From Octopus vulgaris (taxonomy: Eukaryota), in assembly GCA_951406725.2 (NCBI GenBank), contig OX597814.1, positions 41,230,001-41,294,000 of the forward strand: a DNA stretch of 64,000 nt. Direction: 5' to 3'. Made by a program: the position numbers and the translations under genes. The notes under the pieces are model-generated. The model had not been told where the DNA came from. It saw nothing but the letters and a program-made list of their open reading frames with translations, and searched no databases. Of this stretch, positions 13,891-29,075 are shown piece after piece. Each line of letters starts with the position of its first letter. The first letter of the stretch is position 1.

Positions 13891-15189
13891 CATACGTTCA
13901 CCTTTCTATATATAACCGTACATGTATATGTGTGTCTATGTCTGTTTGTGTGTCTGTGTGCGTGTTTACAAACAATGTATACACTTATTAGAGAGTGAGA
14001 AAGAGACAGGCAGACAGACAGACAGAAGGATAGACAGACACACAGACAGAGTTTTGAAGGGAATCATATATATGTTATTATCGTTATTATGTGTGTGCGT
14101 CTAATTTTCAAAGAATTTTATTTCCTTACCGCCTGATTCAATAAACGATAATTCTTGCTACGTAGCTGGATACTGATGGCAGTTGAATTAAATTATCATT
14201 AATAAGCATCATGACGTATTTTAGAAATTTGATTCCTATTCGTATATATATATATTTTTTTCAGTTGGAAATTTGTGCAATACAAAATTGCTAACTAAAT
14301 AATTGAGAGAGACAAACGATGAGCGAATGAGAATTAATGTGAAACCTTCCTCATGTTTTAAAATCATCTAATTCTGATGTCACCTGACATTAATTAGTAA
14401 ATTCTTTTATACATTTTGTCATATCTTGAACATCTTCATTCTGTAACTTTTTAAAATTACCGAATCTAAATCCGCGTTAGCATATATTGAAATACTTAAA
14501 AATACGTTTAAATAGTCTTCTTTACTTGTCGATATTTGCTGGAATATTTCGAACATGTGAGGCGTTATATAAATCACAGAAATAATTTCAATTTTATTGG
14601 TAAGACTCGGGGTTGACTAAAGCAATATACCCATGCAGAATTTGCCTTTATAATTCACTTACGACATCTGACTAAAATTATGGGGACTGTTGTTATGTCC
14701 ACGGAGAATGAGTACGCACAGTAAAGTCGTTTGGCATAGATACAGCTTCAACTCTATCACACTTGCACACAACGTTATAACGCTGTACTCACTTTCGTAT
14801 TTTCCATCAGAGTTCCGAATTAAATCGTGTAGAATTTGGTTGTCTAACCACACTAGAGAACTTACATAAAAAACATGTAAGAAAATGTGTGTGTTTGTGA
14901 GTGGGTGTGTGTATATGTGTGTGTGTGTGTGTAGAAAGTTATAACTTTAAAGTTTATTTCAACTAGGAATCTTTACAAAAATTAATTGCGCTTGAAATGG
15001 ACAAGATTTCAAGATTACAATATCTCAGGACGAAGATATATAGAAGACATTTAACAAATGATGGCATACTGTGCCACTGGATCTGAAAATTCTGGGTGGG
15101 AAGCAACCCTGTTAATAGATAGTGAAGTTAATATATTACCATATAATATTAACATGTAGCAAATAATGTTTGCGTAATATCATATATAT

Positions 15190-16301
15190 ATGAATTAGAG
15201 ATAAAACCACTATCATGCAACTCAAACAGTGATAGACATAAACCAATACATAAATAACAAATAATATATAAAATTAATATAATATATGTAATATATATGT
15301 ATATATATATATACATTTTGTTCCCAAAATTATAAAATGAATGATAAATATAAGTAAAAACACTACGTAAGTTTCATGTCTATAATTAAATTCGAATTAC
15401 AATTAATTTTAAATTCAAATGAAATATATTCGAACTAAAATTATAGTCAATCTTCAGGTTAATGATAATAGTTAAATAAATAAGCAAATAGATTTAAACA
15501 ATATTTATCGAAGAAATGAATAAAATAATAATTTTTCTTATAGAAAAACATCCATTATCTAAATTAGAAACTTAAACCTTTAGGATTATTTCTTACAACC
15601 CATTTATTATGTTAAATATTTATTTTAAGGTAAAAGGAAATAAAAAGACATATGTATTTATCTGTGAAGATATAATATGGCTTTAAATATACATAATATA
15701 CTCTCGGATACCTTTAACTCAGTTATAGTCCAATATTTGATCACCAAATTATTTAACAAAATAATCACTATTCATATTTTTAGATTTAAGTTCACATCTA
15801 ATAATTATAAAATATTAAGTAATACGTATCTAAATGATAATCAACAAATATAGTAATTAAAATCTAAAATTTACTCTATCAATAAATATATAGACATATA
15901 ATAAAAAATAAATTAATTAATTAGTCGATTATTACTGACATAAATATTATAAATATCAATATAATATATTTATGAAATACATTTAAAAATTAAAGATTAA
16001 AATTCAAATTAAAAATGTATAACCTATCTTAAAAGAACCGTATAACTATTTTATGATCTATATAACTCAGCGATTAAGTAATATCGTACAAATTACGTAC
16101 AGTTATAATCTAATAATTAGATACATATCATCAAAAACTAAATAACCCTAGAACCAAATTAACAATCAGTAGTTATATAGTATACAATACAATAAAATAA
16201 AACTTCTTAAAATACCATAAAATATCTTAAATAGAAAAGGTTTACTTAGCTTTCAAACACCGTCTCATTAAATATATATATACACATATTATATACATAT
16301 A

Positions 16302-16330
<29 letters not shown>
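15190..16330 (-). repeat. Extremely AT-rich repeat with a hairpin flanked by hammerhead core boxes at 15365-15460
   Basis: Minus strand reads CTGAAGA-TTGACTATAATT..TTCGAAT...ATTCGAA..AATTATAGACAT-GAAAC. The rest is low-complexity. Confidence 0.4.
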
Positions 16331-16353
<23 letters not shown>

Positions 16354-16821
16354 TACTATACATAACGTAATAATTTAGATAGGATGATGTCTATATTATA
16401 ATTGCGTATAATATGTCATATATGTATACTAATTTTGCAATCAGGAAATTAGCATTAGCTTATATCACATTTTCTTACGGAAATTCTAAGAACCTATTGC
16501 GGAACACCGGTTCAGAAACGCGTGTCTAGACCCTTAGTCCGCGTGGTACAACGAGGCTGACATTTCGAGGAATGTTTAATCTATTTTAGAAACATTAGTA
16601 TCAAAAATGCTGCTGAATCCGCTTGCCCCCCTTTCCAAATATAAAATTCTGACTTTTCAGAGCATGTGAGTGTGCATGTTTGTTTTTGCGAATTTGTTTA
16701 ACAGTAACAGCAGTTTTGGTTCCACCATACATTATTAGCTAGGAAACTTGAACCGCAGATACTCATTAATAAAATAAGTATATAACTTCCGAAAAAATAA
16801 GTGGATTTTCAAGCAACCTTC

Positions 16822-16855
<34 letters not shown>

Positions 16856-16882
16856 TGGTAAAGTGAGAGAACGGAAAAAGAT

Positions 16883-16926
<44 letters not shown>

Positions 16927-18899
16927 GATGAATATATACAGAGAGATAAAGAGACAGAGACTGGAGATGAGGAAGAATGATGCATAAATATTTATGTTTA
17001 TATATGTATATAGATATTTCGCTATATCTCGTAAATTATATATATATCGAAATGGACGTGCGGGTGGTGAGCATAAAGATATATATGTATACAGGCATGA
17101 AATTATGGAGTTTATACCTACGTATAGCCATCTAATACATTCGTATATTATGCTATTAAACGAGTATTTGTATCTGAATTAATCTATTCTATTCAGGTTA
17201 TTTAAATGTATTACAAATATTGAATTTTTAATGAACACTATTTATGAATAATGGTAATAAAGTATTCAAGTTAAGTACATTAATTAGTCGATAGTTTTGC
17301 TAACGTCTACTTACACATCTTCATCATTCTTATTAAATGTCATATCCATGGCCGCATGTTTGTTTGAGTTTCGTAACTCATGTTCAAAATATAAGTTTCA
17401 AGCAAAAATATTTTGATTTTCTGTTTTATTTTACACTATTATCTGTTACATGGGAGCGGTCACAGATAATTATTAAAACATTCTTGGTCATAGTAATATA
17501 GGTTAATAAGAAAATTAAATTAGTGCTTCCTCAAACAGCAAGTGGAATTTTATAGGTTATCCACAATGATTCGGACTGTCATAGCCAGTGTATATTTTTC
17601 TACTTGTTTGAAAACTGACATTGAAATGTCACCTCTATGGATGAAGATGGATATAAGAGAAGCTGAATATAAGTTGGATATAAGAGAATTCGGTCTATTT
17701 CATTTGTGGCACTATTGAACCATAATTGCTACCATAATATTCAGCAAAAGAATGATTCACATAATATATCTCAATGAGATAAAATGCAGATGAATCTGGA
17801 ACTGAGCAAGTTTTTTGAGTAACGGACGAAGGTACGTACGTATACAAATTAACATAGTATATATATATACATACACATATAATTAAAAATTAATGATACA
17901 CGCCTGAACAGGTTTTTCTCATTCACAAACGCAGAGAGTAAATGAAATTTAACGAAGATGAAAGCAAAAAGCAAGAAAGTGTACAGTATGTAGATGGCCA
18001 GGGAGTAGTAAACAATTTTTGCAGAATATCCGTATGCGAAGCTATATTTAGGCAATATTAGAGTATACGATGTTTGATTGCAAGATAAAATATGAAGTTT
18101 TTAATTGTTTACCTTTTCATAACTATTCCAATGAAGATACGTACAATGCAGATATGTCTTATTTTACTGAAAATATAACTACGAGAAACGTGAATTTAAA
18201 AAAAAAATATATTATTTTACTTCACGATTCACTGTTCACAAAAATATTCTTTCCTCACTGTATTTCCGAAAAATTTTCTTACCTTCTAACTACTGAGAAA
18301 TGAAACGTGTGACCAATGTATCTTACGATCCTTTGTTATTGAAAATAAATTTAAACAAGTATTTCAATTTAGCTGAACGGTACTCAAATCTAATATCATG
18401 CAAATTCAAATAGCTAAGCAGATTTCCCTCCTTGTTGCTTTGCATATATTACAAATATGATGAAAGCGAATCACAAATGAATTATTCAAAAGTGTTTTGA
18501 TACATAATTTCTCTTTTTTTTTAATTTTGCCTTTGTGACAAAAATAAATCGCCTCATAGCAGAAAAATCACCCAAACACGAGTTAAGAAGAAATCTAAAG
18601 CAAGTTACAAATAAAATATAAAACAATTTTGAGAATCGGATGAAGCGTTCATGGCCAATCTAAAATTGATGGCAGAATGTCAGTGTTTGAAATATGGAAT
18701 GCTGTTGCTTACGTATACACTTAAAAAAAAAAAAAACCGATATAGGAAATTTCAAAAAATGGTCCAGACTGAAATACCTATCAGTAGTTTCGAATGTGAG
18801 AACAATAGCTTAATTATGAATCATATATAATAAAACGCTATAAACAATTAATTTTAATAAAGCAAATGAATATTTACTTCATGACAATAGAATTCATTT

Positions 18900-19352
18900 C
18901 CTTTTACTCCTATATTTTTTATTTGTTTCATTCATTTGACTGCGGCTATGCTGTAGGACTGCTTTGAAATTCCAGTCGAACGAATCGACCCCATGACTTC
19001 TTTTTAAGCTTAGTACTTATTCTATCGGTCTCTATTATTGCCGAACCGCTATTTTACTGGATCGTAAATACACCAGTGGTTATGGGGGAACAAACACAGA
19101 CACGAAGACACATACACACACACGCTCACATGCACACATACATACACATTCACACAAATCTATACACACACACACGCGCACACCTATATATACGACGCGC
19201 TTTTTCAGTTTCTGTGTACCAAATCCATTCACAAGGCTTTGGTCGGCTCGAGCCTATAGTGGAAGACACCTGTCCAAGGTGCTACGTAGTGGGACTCAAT
19301 ACACAGCTATGGGGTTTGGAAGGAAGTTTCTTACCACAGACCCAAGCCTGCG
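18900..19352 (-). mobile_element. tRNA-derived SINE(s) with internal (TG)n
   Basis: Minus strand: head AGGCTTGGGTCTGTGGTAAGAAACTTCCTTCC...TTGAGTCCCACTACGTAGCACCTTGGACAGGTGTCTTC; tail ACCGATAGAATAAGTACTAAGC...GGGGTCGATTCGTTCGACT...AGCATAGCCGCAGTCAAATGAATGAAAC, matching 23680-23785. Confidence 0.8.
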
Positions 19353-19399
19353 CTATAGTAGGCTCGGCATAATAATGAATATGAACTGGGCATAAGGGC

Positions 19400-19401
<2 letters not shown>

Positions 19402-19460
<59 letters not shown>

Positions 19461-19482
19461 ATTATTATTATGATTATTACTA
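19402..19482. repeat. (ATT)n tract at the 3' end of a Dong-type LINE
   Basis: Directly visible. Confidence 0.95.
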
Positions 19483-22400
19483 TTTTATATTTGAATTTTG
19501 CTTTGCATTTCTACATGTTGGCAACAAGGCTAACCCAGAGACCTCAAGAGACAATTTAGAAGTTCATGCTGGTGCTATTCTTAGTGTGCCATATATTGGG
19601 TTTTAAACATAGTGTTGTTCTAGAGAATGTTAAAGAAACCATAAGAAAATTATGTTTTTAAAATTTGAGATTACATAGACAGTATTTTACGTAGGATATG
19701 GGCAGTTCTTTTGCGCACTATCTTTTGAATTTCTGCCGTTACAAGTTTCCTGGTATCAGAACTAGGCATCAATCAAACCCTTTTGACATTATTCCTTGGT
19801 CACCTATGACAACAGGTATTGTTTTAATCCTGAAGTTCCACATTTTGGTAATTTCTATTTCAAGACCTTTATACTTGCTCAGATTTTGGTAGCTCCTGAT
19901 AGATACATTTATATCAGATGGGGCAGTCATATCAATGAAGAGGCGTCGTTTTTGTCTGAAGTCTTTCAATATGATGCCTGGCCTATTTGCATCTATCTTT
20001 CTCTGAGTTTGAATGGTGAAGGTCCAGAGTTGTGAGATGTAACTATTTTCAAGCACTGGAGGTGGCTTGTGTTCCCAGCAGTTTTTATCACGAGGCAAGT
20101 CCAGTTTTTTACAAATTACCCAGTGATTATATTGTGCAGCTCTATCATACCTGTAGAGATACTCTGTAGGCACAAGAAATCTGCAGTTGGAGACAACATG
20201 ATCAACGGTTTCATTTTGTTGTTGACATACGCGACATATTGGCGAGCTGCCGTTGCTTAATATGTTGAACTGGTAATTACTTACAGGTAGGCATTGATTT
20301 TAGGCTGCTATGATAAACCATACTATTTCTGATTTTAAACCAAATGACATTAGTCATTGATGGACAACCGCTTTGTTAATATTGGTATTATACTCTCTCT
20401 TTGGTTATTTGCCATTGAGTGGTTTTCTCTTGCCGTGTATCAGTCTGAATGTCCAAGGCAGCAGTTGGAGTACGGGTTTTCATGCGCTTAGCTTTTCCCG
20501 CGCTTCTTTCTTGTACGTCTAATTCTGGAACTTGCTGTATTCGGAATTCACTTAGATACTACTTTGCCTGTTTTGTAACTGAATATGATACTTTCATGTT
20601 TTCATATTTTGAGACAAGATTTAACATCCAGTTGTCAGTGTTTTTCAGGTAGGTGTCTAGACCAATTGTGACAGTTTTCATTAATGCCAGTTGTAAAATT
20701 CACGGCCTCCTTTTCTTGGCAGATAAAGTTGTTCTATATCTGCCTAATAGCGGTGCATTGTAAGCATTGTCAACAGTTTTCGTATTTTTCTGCCAAGTTA
20801 CATATTTCTGTAATTGTCTAGTTAATGATATTGAAACTGTAAGTCAGGACTGGTATTGCTAAAGCATGATTGCTTTGAACCTGTTTCTTGCATTCAGCTC
20901 TGTCTTCAGTGTTGCTCCCATCCTGCGATAACATTCTCTTTTGATCTTTTCCCTCACCACTGCATATTTGATTCCGTCCCCTTAAATTACCCCTAATTAT
21001 TTCTAGCCCTCCTCTGGTTCTAAATCTTTCATGACATTCTGGTGTTCAAGGTTAACGTTAGATGTTTCTGTCATTTTCATAAAGTTAAATTTTGCACATT
21101 TATCTAGGCCAAATTGCATTCTGATGTCAGCATCGAATTCTTTAGCAATCGCTAGTAAGCCCTTGATTTGTTGGACATTTTTTTGCAAATAGCTTTAAAT
21201 CATCCATGTAAATGAGATGATTTATATTCAAACATTTTATCACCGTACTGCGCAACATTGAGCAATTTTGAGAGCGGTGTTAAGGCTAGACAAAAGAAAA
21301 GCAGTGATAGTAAGTCACCCTGGAAAATAGCACATGGAATTCTTACATATCCAGCATTTAGAGATTCATTGTCACTGTTGAATGTCATTGTTTCTCCATG
21401 ATCTCATACTTACTGAGAAAATATTTCGCAGAGTAGGCGCTACGTTATACATTTGCAGACATTTCTTAATCCAGTTGTGTTAAGCTATCAAATGGATGTT
21501 GAGAAGTTTTGTGTCGATTGTGACAATCTCCCAAGATCATCTTGGCGATGCGTAGCTGACCTTTAAAGTCATAATATCCACATTTACATTATTTTTGTTT
21601 ATTAGGGAATAAGCTACTTTCTTTTAAAAAATATTATATGTATATTCAGTCAGGACAGATGCTATGGTTTTTTACACTGTTGTTAAGAAGGTTATGTGTT
21701 GATAATGTTTTAATTCATTTCTTTTTTTTTTTCTTGAATCAGAAATGATACACCATTAACTATCCAAGAGGGGATCATACTAGTATGTTGCAAAACTTCG
21801 TTGTAAAGTTTTGTGAGTAGTTCATGGCTCTCTGGAAAGGCAATGAATCAGAAGGTAGGAATGTAGTCTTTTCCTGTAGACTTCCATTTGCTTCACCTCC
21901 TGAGTGCAGGTCTTATTCTTTCTACCTTGACACACTCCCACATTTGATCCTCTAACGAGTCTAAGTCTGTAGATATTCTATTAATCTAAGGGGCCTTTCC
22001 ACTGTGTGTTTCTCCTTCTGCCCAAATGTTATGCCAACTTTCCTGTACTTCTTCTTTTGATGAGACAGACTTTACTGTAACTTGTGTTTTCCCTATCTAT
22101 CTGTAAATATTTTGGGGTTATCTTTGAACGTGTTGTTGCCCATGAAGAACGTAACACGCTTTTCCTACATTGCTATGCAGGCAACTTTAGCACATACCTT
22201 TTGCTTGATGGTGTCTATTGTGGTATCAATGTCAAATATGGTTTTAATATCATATTTTTTCTTTAATTTTCGTCTATTTGTAGGTTTGATAGCCTTGTTA
22301 AACTTAAGGTTTTTCAAACATTCTATGTCAGAGATAAGTAGCCTAATTTGTTGTTGAATACTCTCTTGCCAAGAAGGCTTTTTTGGAGAATTTTGTCGTT

Positions 22401-22840
22401 TTCTAAACTTGAGATCTGTAATATAAGCATCATTAGCTGAAATTATATCCCTAAGTGCAAGGTGGATTTTACCAATTATATTCAGATTTTTGTAAGAATT
22501 ACGAAGTTTTGGGAGAGTATCGTGTTCATTCATACTGGTTTCTTTAATTTTCAGCCATTCAATCATGATTTGATGTTTCAGATCATATAGTTCTTTTAGC
22601 TCAATTTGTGAGTGAAGTTCTTCATCTATTTGGTTTTCATCTACTTTAGTATTTATGGTTGGATCAGAGAGTATTTGACTGTGTTTATGAATTATATTAA
22701 CTCTTTCAATCATTACTGCATTTCCATTAGCCCTGGGCTAGTCTATAATTATTTATTATGTTGTATATTCTTTATTTTTATCCCTTACTGCTTGTTTAAT
22801 TTGGGCAATCTCTCCTTCAGTTAATAATTCGCTTTGCATT
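19483..22840 (-). mobile_element. Dong/R4-type RLE LINE, family B, decayed
   Basis: Minus frames give KKPSW, IFQGDLLSLLFFCLAL, HLIYMDDLKL, DIRMQFGLDKCAK, RYDRAAQYNHW, ANRPGIILKD...LFIDMTAP...KYKGLEIEI..MW...TIPVVIG. The 3' end runs into (TAA)n. Confidence 0.88.
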
Positions 22841-22842
22841 CT

Positions 22843-23153
<311 letters not shown>

Positions 23154-23234
23154 AGTGGTTAAGAGCTCGGGCTACTAACCCAGATTCCTAGTTCGATTCC
23201 AAGCATTGACCTGAACAGTAACAATAATGATGAA

Positions 23235-23305
<71 letters not shown>

Positions 23306-23327
23306 TAATAATAATAATAATAATATT

Positions 23328-23385
<58 letters not shown>

Positions 23386-23457
23386 TTAATAATAATAATA
23401 ATAATAATAACATCGAAAAATAACTTAGGAACGAGAATCCAGATTCGAAATTTACCC

Positions 23458-23505
23458 AAGACTCCTGAAGAAGGCTGGAGGGTTTATCAGCCGAAACGTC
23501 GTCTT
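23458..23505 (+). ncRNA. Minimal type I hammerhead ribozyme of PLE type (best-preserved copy)
   Basis: CTGAAGA (23465-71), one extra A, stem II GGCTG/CAGCC, GAAA (23493-96), palindromic ACGT helix III, GTC triplet. Helix I is imperfect in this copy (AAGAC..GTCTT). Confidence 0.7.
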
Positions 23506-23532
23506 AATAACGTATAAATGTATATATATACA

Positions 23533-23565
<33 letters not shown>

Positions 23566-23594
23566 TTATGTATTTGTTGGTGCATATGTTTGTA

Positions 23595-23800
23595 TGTCTG
23601 TGTATGTCCACCCCAACATCGCTTCACAACCGATGCTGGTGTGTTTACGTCCCCGTAACTTAGTGGTTCGGTAAATAGACCGATAGAATAAGTACTAGGC
23701 GTACAAATAATAAGTCTTGTGGTCGATTTGCTTGACTAAAGGCGGTGCTCAAGCATGGCCACAGTCAAAGGACTGAAACAAGTAAAAGAGTAAATGAGTA
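23595..23800 (+). mobile_element. SINE 3' half with LINE-like tail
   Basis: GCTGGTGTGTTTACGTCCCCGTAACTTAG...GACCGATAGAATAAGTACTAGGC...GGCGGTGCTCAAGCATGGCCACAGTCAAAGGACTGAAACAAGTAAAAGAGTAAATGAGTAA; homologous to 1590-1792 and 18900-19075. Confidence 0.8.
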
Positions 23801-25254
23801 ATGTAAAGAATGTACGTAATTCCCCATCTCTTAAAGAGAGAACTGTATGATACTCTTTGTCATACAGACATATGATAAATGAAGTTGAACTCTAGGTCAT
23901 TATAAATTGTCACATGGTTTAGATACAGATTGCCTTTATTGAAAACTAAACCTATTTTGTCATTATTCCAAGAATATAAATATAATGTGATAATATTTAT
24001 TATACTGGTACAGGCGGTTTCCGAATATTCATCAATATATATGTCAATTATTCACCAATCTTAAAAATATTTTCCAGGCAATAATGAATATTAAAACTTT
24101 TCTCAGAACTAATTCAAATCCATTCAATGCACAATTAAATCAGAACTTCAAAATATATTTGATGTTTATTGACACTGCAATTATTCAGGTGACAGCTAGA
24201 TTTTCAGACGGTCAAATATATGTATACTATTGAACATATTTGCTGTGCTGTGTAGGAATATAATGAAAATATAATTTGAACTGACTTGGAAATAAAAACA
24301 GTGTTACGTGATAGAATTGTTAGGTAAATGAAACATATTTTATCAGCTATTATTCTTACTAAATAAGCAGAACGCAATGTTACGCGTTGTGCAGTTCAGG
24401 AAAATATATTGTGGAATATTTTTCGCTAATGTGAAGCTGAGTAAATAAGGGAAATAACTTAGTTGTGAAAGTGTCATAAATTACTGATGTAATAAAAATT
24501 GTGTATGAAAATGACTAAACGCCAAACTACAATTCAGTAACAAAATACTGCGTGAAGTATTGAAGTACATGTTACCATCCCAAACGAAGCATTTTCGTTA
24601 ATTTATGTTTAGCCATATACAAATTAAACTAAGATGTCAAGCCCATCGTTTCCAAGGCTAAAATGAATCGGCCGAAAAAATTGCACCTCTGATGTATTTA
24701 ATAAAGAATACATATATAGATTGCTTAAAATTGTAAAGCCAAATATTTCATCTATGTACAATATTTTTGTCATTGTAAAAATGTTTTAGATGCCTCTTTA
24801 TTTATCCAAATTATTTCTGCAGCTCATTTGGACCCATGTGATTTGCCATCGACACCTGTATGACATGTATAAATTCATTATATTTCTACATTGTTCTTTT
24901 TTTGTCCATTCCTCATATTAAGAAACGAGGAGACAATATTAGTTATAACATGAGGAATATATAAATCTTTTCCCCATCATCACCACAAGGATAAAGACTA
25001 TCTAGAAAAAAAAAGATTTTTTTAAACAAAGGTTCAGTTAAATATTGATCTACAGGAAAATCAATCAAAAGAGTGGGTAACCAGGAATTACAGCTGTATG
25101 AGTAATCGAATGTCGCCAAAAATTCGCCAGAATGATTAAATTTTATAGATACGCAGGAATTATAAATATATCTATCTATGTGTGTATGTGTGTGTGTGAG
25201 TGCGTGCGTGTGCGTGTGTAAGTATGTGCACATGTGTGTGTGTGTGCATGTGGT

Positions 25255-26340
25255 CATTGAATAGTCAGATAAATTCTTTAGGTTCTTTTCCACATATTTT
25301 AAATCTTATTTTTCATCAACAATTATGACAAAACAGTCATGAATATAATTCCCCATCATTGTTCACACCCTCTTGCCAAACGTTTCCTGGTTTTTCAATA
25401 TTTTTGCGATGAAAATCACTGAGTTTCACTCGAAGAATTCATGGACCCACTTTTTAAGCTCCAGGTTTTTGCTGAATAAAGCATCTCGCTATCTGAGAGA
25501 GATCTCAAATGAAGAAAGTCTAAAAGATCTATATTTGGAGAACGCGACGGTTGTGTTAGAACTGTCAACCGAAGCCTTCAATAGCATTTACGGTTAAAGA
25601 AGTGATGTGGGGCAATTACTGTCATGATGAAGAAGCGAACCAATCATTAGTCAAGTCGTTTCGTTTTGATTGCGTCGTTAAGTCGGTGAATGTCCCTGAG
25701 TGTAAAATTCCGCATTGAATGTGTTGTTGCTTTCGAGTAGTTGGTAGTGGATTTGTCCTTCACAGTTCCAAAAAGGCAGTTCTGTTTTGCATCGATGCAG
25801 CCCTGATTTCGCTTGAGGTTTTGATTGTTTGTCGTAACTGAATCATTCGTTTCGCTGTTTCGTACTGTCTTAAAGAAACCATTTTCATCGCCACTGGCGA
25901 TTTGGTAGAGAAATATGTTTGTGTCTTCGAGTTGCGAGAGGATCGCGGGAATTTGCCTCTTTGGTTCATGAATTAAGAACTTAGAACCATTACTCATCGA
26001 GTGCAGCTGACTTACGACGGTATCATGACAACATCCTATATGGGTGACTAATTTTCATCTGCATATGCACAATTTCTCATGGACAATGTGGATCAATCGA
26101 ACGGCATTCATCTAAACAGACCGTCAAGGACCCGGAAGTGTTTCTGTGTTCGAGATTGTTGCGTGAAAATCATTTCGGTGCAATTCTTCCTGTAGTAACT
26201 GTCTCTCCGTACATTGTATAACGGTGTCGGTCGACTTTGGTAAATTCAAGATATCGAGAAGAAGACAGAAGTCTAGCAGGTATAGAAAATGCTAATGGCT
26301 TTTATTTAGTTGGCATTTAATCCTCATGTGTCGGAAAGTA
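25255..26340 (-). mobile_element. Heavily decayed mariner
   Basis: Minus frames give FLYQIASGDENG (cf. IVTGDEKW), LHHDSNCP (cf. HDNA) and C-terminal KRWQ..VNNDGE. TIRs not resolved. Confidence 0.65.
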
Positions 26341-26409
26341 AACAGAATTTCATCAAATATAAAAATTTGTATGTAGTGGAAGAATATAATACAATTAACT
26401 ATAAAACCT

Positions 26410-26640
26410 AGGAGCACGCACAGTGCTTATGATCGAAAGTGTGTGGTTTCGATTGCTGGATCGAGTGATGCACTGTGTTTCCGATCCAAACAATTCATTT
26501 CTCTTTGCTCTAGTTTACCTGGCTGGCAAAAATGAATAATCTTGCCACAGACCGGCATCCCGGTCAGGTGGGAGGAAGGCAGAATATATGCACCTCAGTA
26601 TCCGAGAAACCGATATTCAAAGCCTATGAATCTTGAAGGA
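26410..26640 (+). mobile_element. Degenerate tRNA-derived SINE
   Basis: B-box-like GTGGTTTCGATTGCTGG, then CACTGTGTTT...AAAAATGAATAATCTTGCCACAGACCGGCATCCCG. Confidence 0.45.
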
Positions 26641-26749
26641 AAAGGCATATATGTTTTTTAATCCACAGAACTCCCAGAACAAAATATTCATTCAAATTAT
26701 AGTAGAAATAAACGAACTAATGTATTTTACAAACTCATATTTTTGTGTA

Positions 26750-27900
26750 TAAGTAGAAGATTCCCCTGGTTACGGGAATAACGTGTTCCTTAAAAGCTCT
26801 TGTAAAGTTAGATTTCGTGATGCGGGAATTTTTGTATAATGAGATCATGCGTTCTGATATTTTTTTCGTGTTTTCTTTTGCGAAATACTAAAGAAAATAA
26901 CGAAACAAAACAATGATTTTGTGCGTGAAGCCAGTTTCAAAACACAGAATACAATGTTTACAATGAATAAATAAATAAATACTTGAGAAGTATTTTGGAA
27001 GTACATAAGTATCGTGATATCATGTTACTATATTACTTACTCAAAATATGTTCGCTACTCTGTGAAGCATAGGGCTGAATATATACGAGTTACTGTGAGA
27101 ACTGGCGACACTATGCAAAATTGAAGCTTCTGGCTTTAGTATTAGTATTGACATCAGGAAACACATGCGGAGTTTTATCTATAAGTCTCAAGCTTCAGCT
27201 GTAATGTTTCCTATGAATTTTTTGAAGGTGGTTCAATGTCTGTATTCTGATCCATATTATTAGTTGGCTGTTGTTCTAAAACATCATCTGCGTTGTGCTC
27301 TAACAGTATCGGCTCCTCATTATATAAAAATTTCCTATATAACAATATCATCAGAATCTTACCATTCTTAGTGACTAATTCAATCCTTTATCATTTGTTT
27401 CGTATTGTTATTCCAATTTAGATTAAGATGTGCTTGTAGAAAACTTCGATTGGATATAATTTAGCCATAGATTTTTACCAAACACAATTTCAAAATAACG
27501 TATTTTGGTTCATCTTATGATTCAGTTATGTTATTCACGTGTTCCATTGTGCTGAATCTCTTCCAGAAGTCTCTAAATGTAGGTTTATTCCCACTAATAT
27601 ATAAATGAAACATCATTCCATGATAATATACCCTTAAGCTAACTATCATACTTTGATCTATTCCTTGGATTTTGGGGACGCATACTTTTCTAACATTAGC
27701 AGAAACTTCATTAAAGTATTTTGGTCGTTTGTTGCGTTGTTAAAAGGCGTAAGGCTTTATTATAATGCACGCACAAAAATGTTTGTAAATCACCCGAAAG
27801 AATCCTCTTAGACAACCACGTCTTATTTACACACGAAAATCAGAGATAAATCAAGTTTAGCCTAACGTTACAAAGAACTTGGATTTTCAAAACGATGCAC
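26750..27900 (-). mobile_element. pogo/Tigger-like DNA transposon relic
   Basis: Minus strand IQGIDQSMIVSLRVYY (~27620-27675, cf. IQPMDQGII..FK.YY) preceded by an NNAT (DNA.) motif. Tigger-like terminus AGTAGAAGATTCCCCTGGTTACG at ~26752. Confidence 0.5.
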
Positions 27901-28239
27901 GACCAGGGGCCTTAATTTTCTGGAAACATGAGCCTAAAGAAAAATACAATTTTATCAACCGTATATACTTCTCCTGCTTATTTACGAATGTCCATAATCT
28001 GATCCAATGCAAACGTGTTCGGTTCAATCGGTCTCTCCACCTCTCAAATTTTATCTCTTTCTCTCTTTCACTCTCTGTATATATATATATATGTTTGTGT
28101 GTGCGTGCGCGTAGGTGAGTGTATCGTTGCTATTATGGAAAAGTATCGTAAGTCCAAAACGTTGATTTTCAGAAAACGAAGTGTACTTTCTCCATTCCCT
28201 AGCAATATATTATGACAATTTTTGATGTCTCTTCATCTC

Positions 28240-28382
28240 AAGATGAGATGGTGGCGTGCAGATGGGAGGCGGTTGTGCATGGGCGACTGCTGGTCTTCTA
28301 TAAACAAACTTGCCCGGATTGTACCTGGGTGGGTAAGTTTCTAGGTGCAAACCCACGATCAGCCATGACCGAAGCGGGTCTC
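28240..28382 (+). mobile_element. Probable SINE 3' fragment
   Basis: GC-richer island ending CATGACCGAAGCGGGTCTC directly before (TA)n/(TAGA)n. Confidence 0.35.
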
Positions 28383-28385
28383 ATA

Positions 28386-28431
<46 letters not shown>

Positions 28432-28649
28432 TAGATAGATAGATAGATAGATAGATTGAATGCCAAAATAACAGTGGTTATATATTCACATTCAGTATTC
28501 CACACCTGGTTCGTTTGGTACAGGAATCGTTGAACATATTAATCAGTGCATTTGCAATATAGTATAGTACAGAAACATCTGTAAGTTAGTGAACGATATT
28601 ACACACACGAGTTAGACTACGACTTTGCAAGAACACGGAAACGCACTCA

Positions 28650-28973
28650 CATGCACACATATATGTACACTTAAGTATATATATGTTGATATATATGTGT
28701 GTATGTATATATATATATATATGTATATATATATTATACATATACATATGTATGTGTATATGTGCATGCATAAATATATATATATATATATATGTGTATG
28801 TATGTATATGTATACATATGTATATAAAATATATATATATACGTATACTCATATGTATACAAATATATATGTATACAAATATATGCATACATACACACAC
28901 ACTCATACATATATATATACATAAGCATATATATAGACATATACATGTGTATGTATACACACACACACACAGA

Positions 28974-29008
<35 letters not shown>

Positions 29009-29072
29009 ATATACATATATATATACATATATACAAATACATACATATGCATATATACATACACATACATAC
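28650..29072. repeat. Compound (TA)/(TG)/(CA) microsatellite
   Basis: Directly visible. Confidence 0.95.
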
Positions 29073-29075
29073 TTA

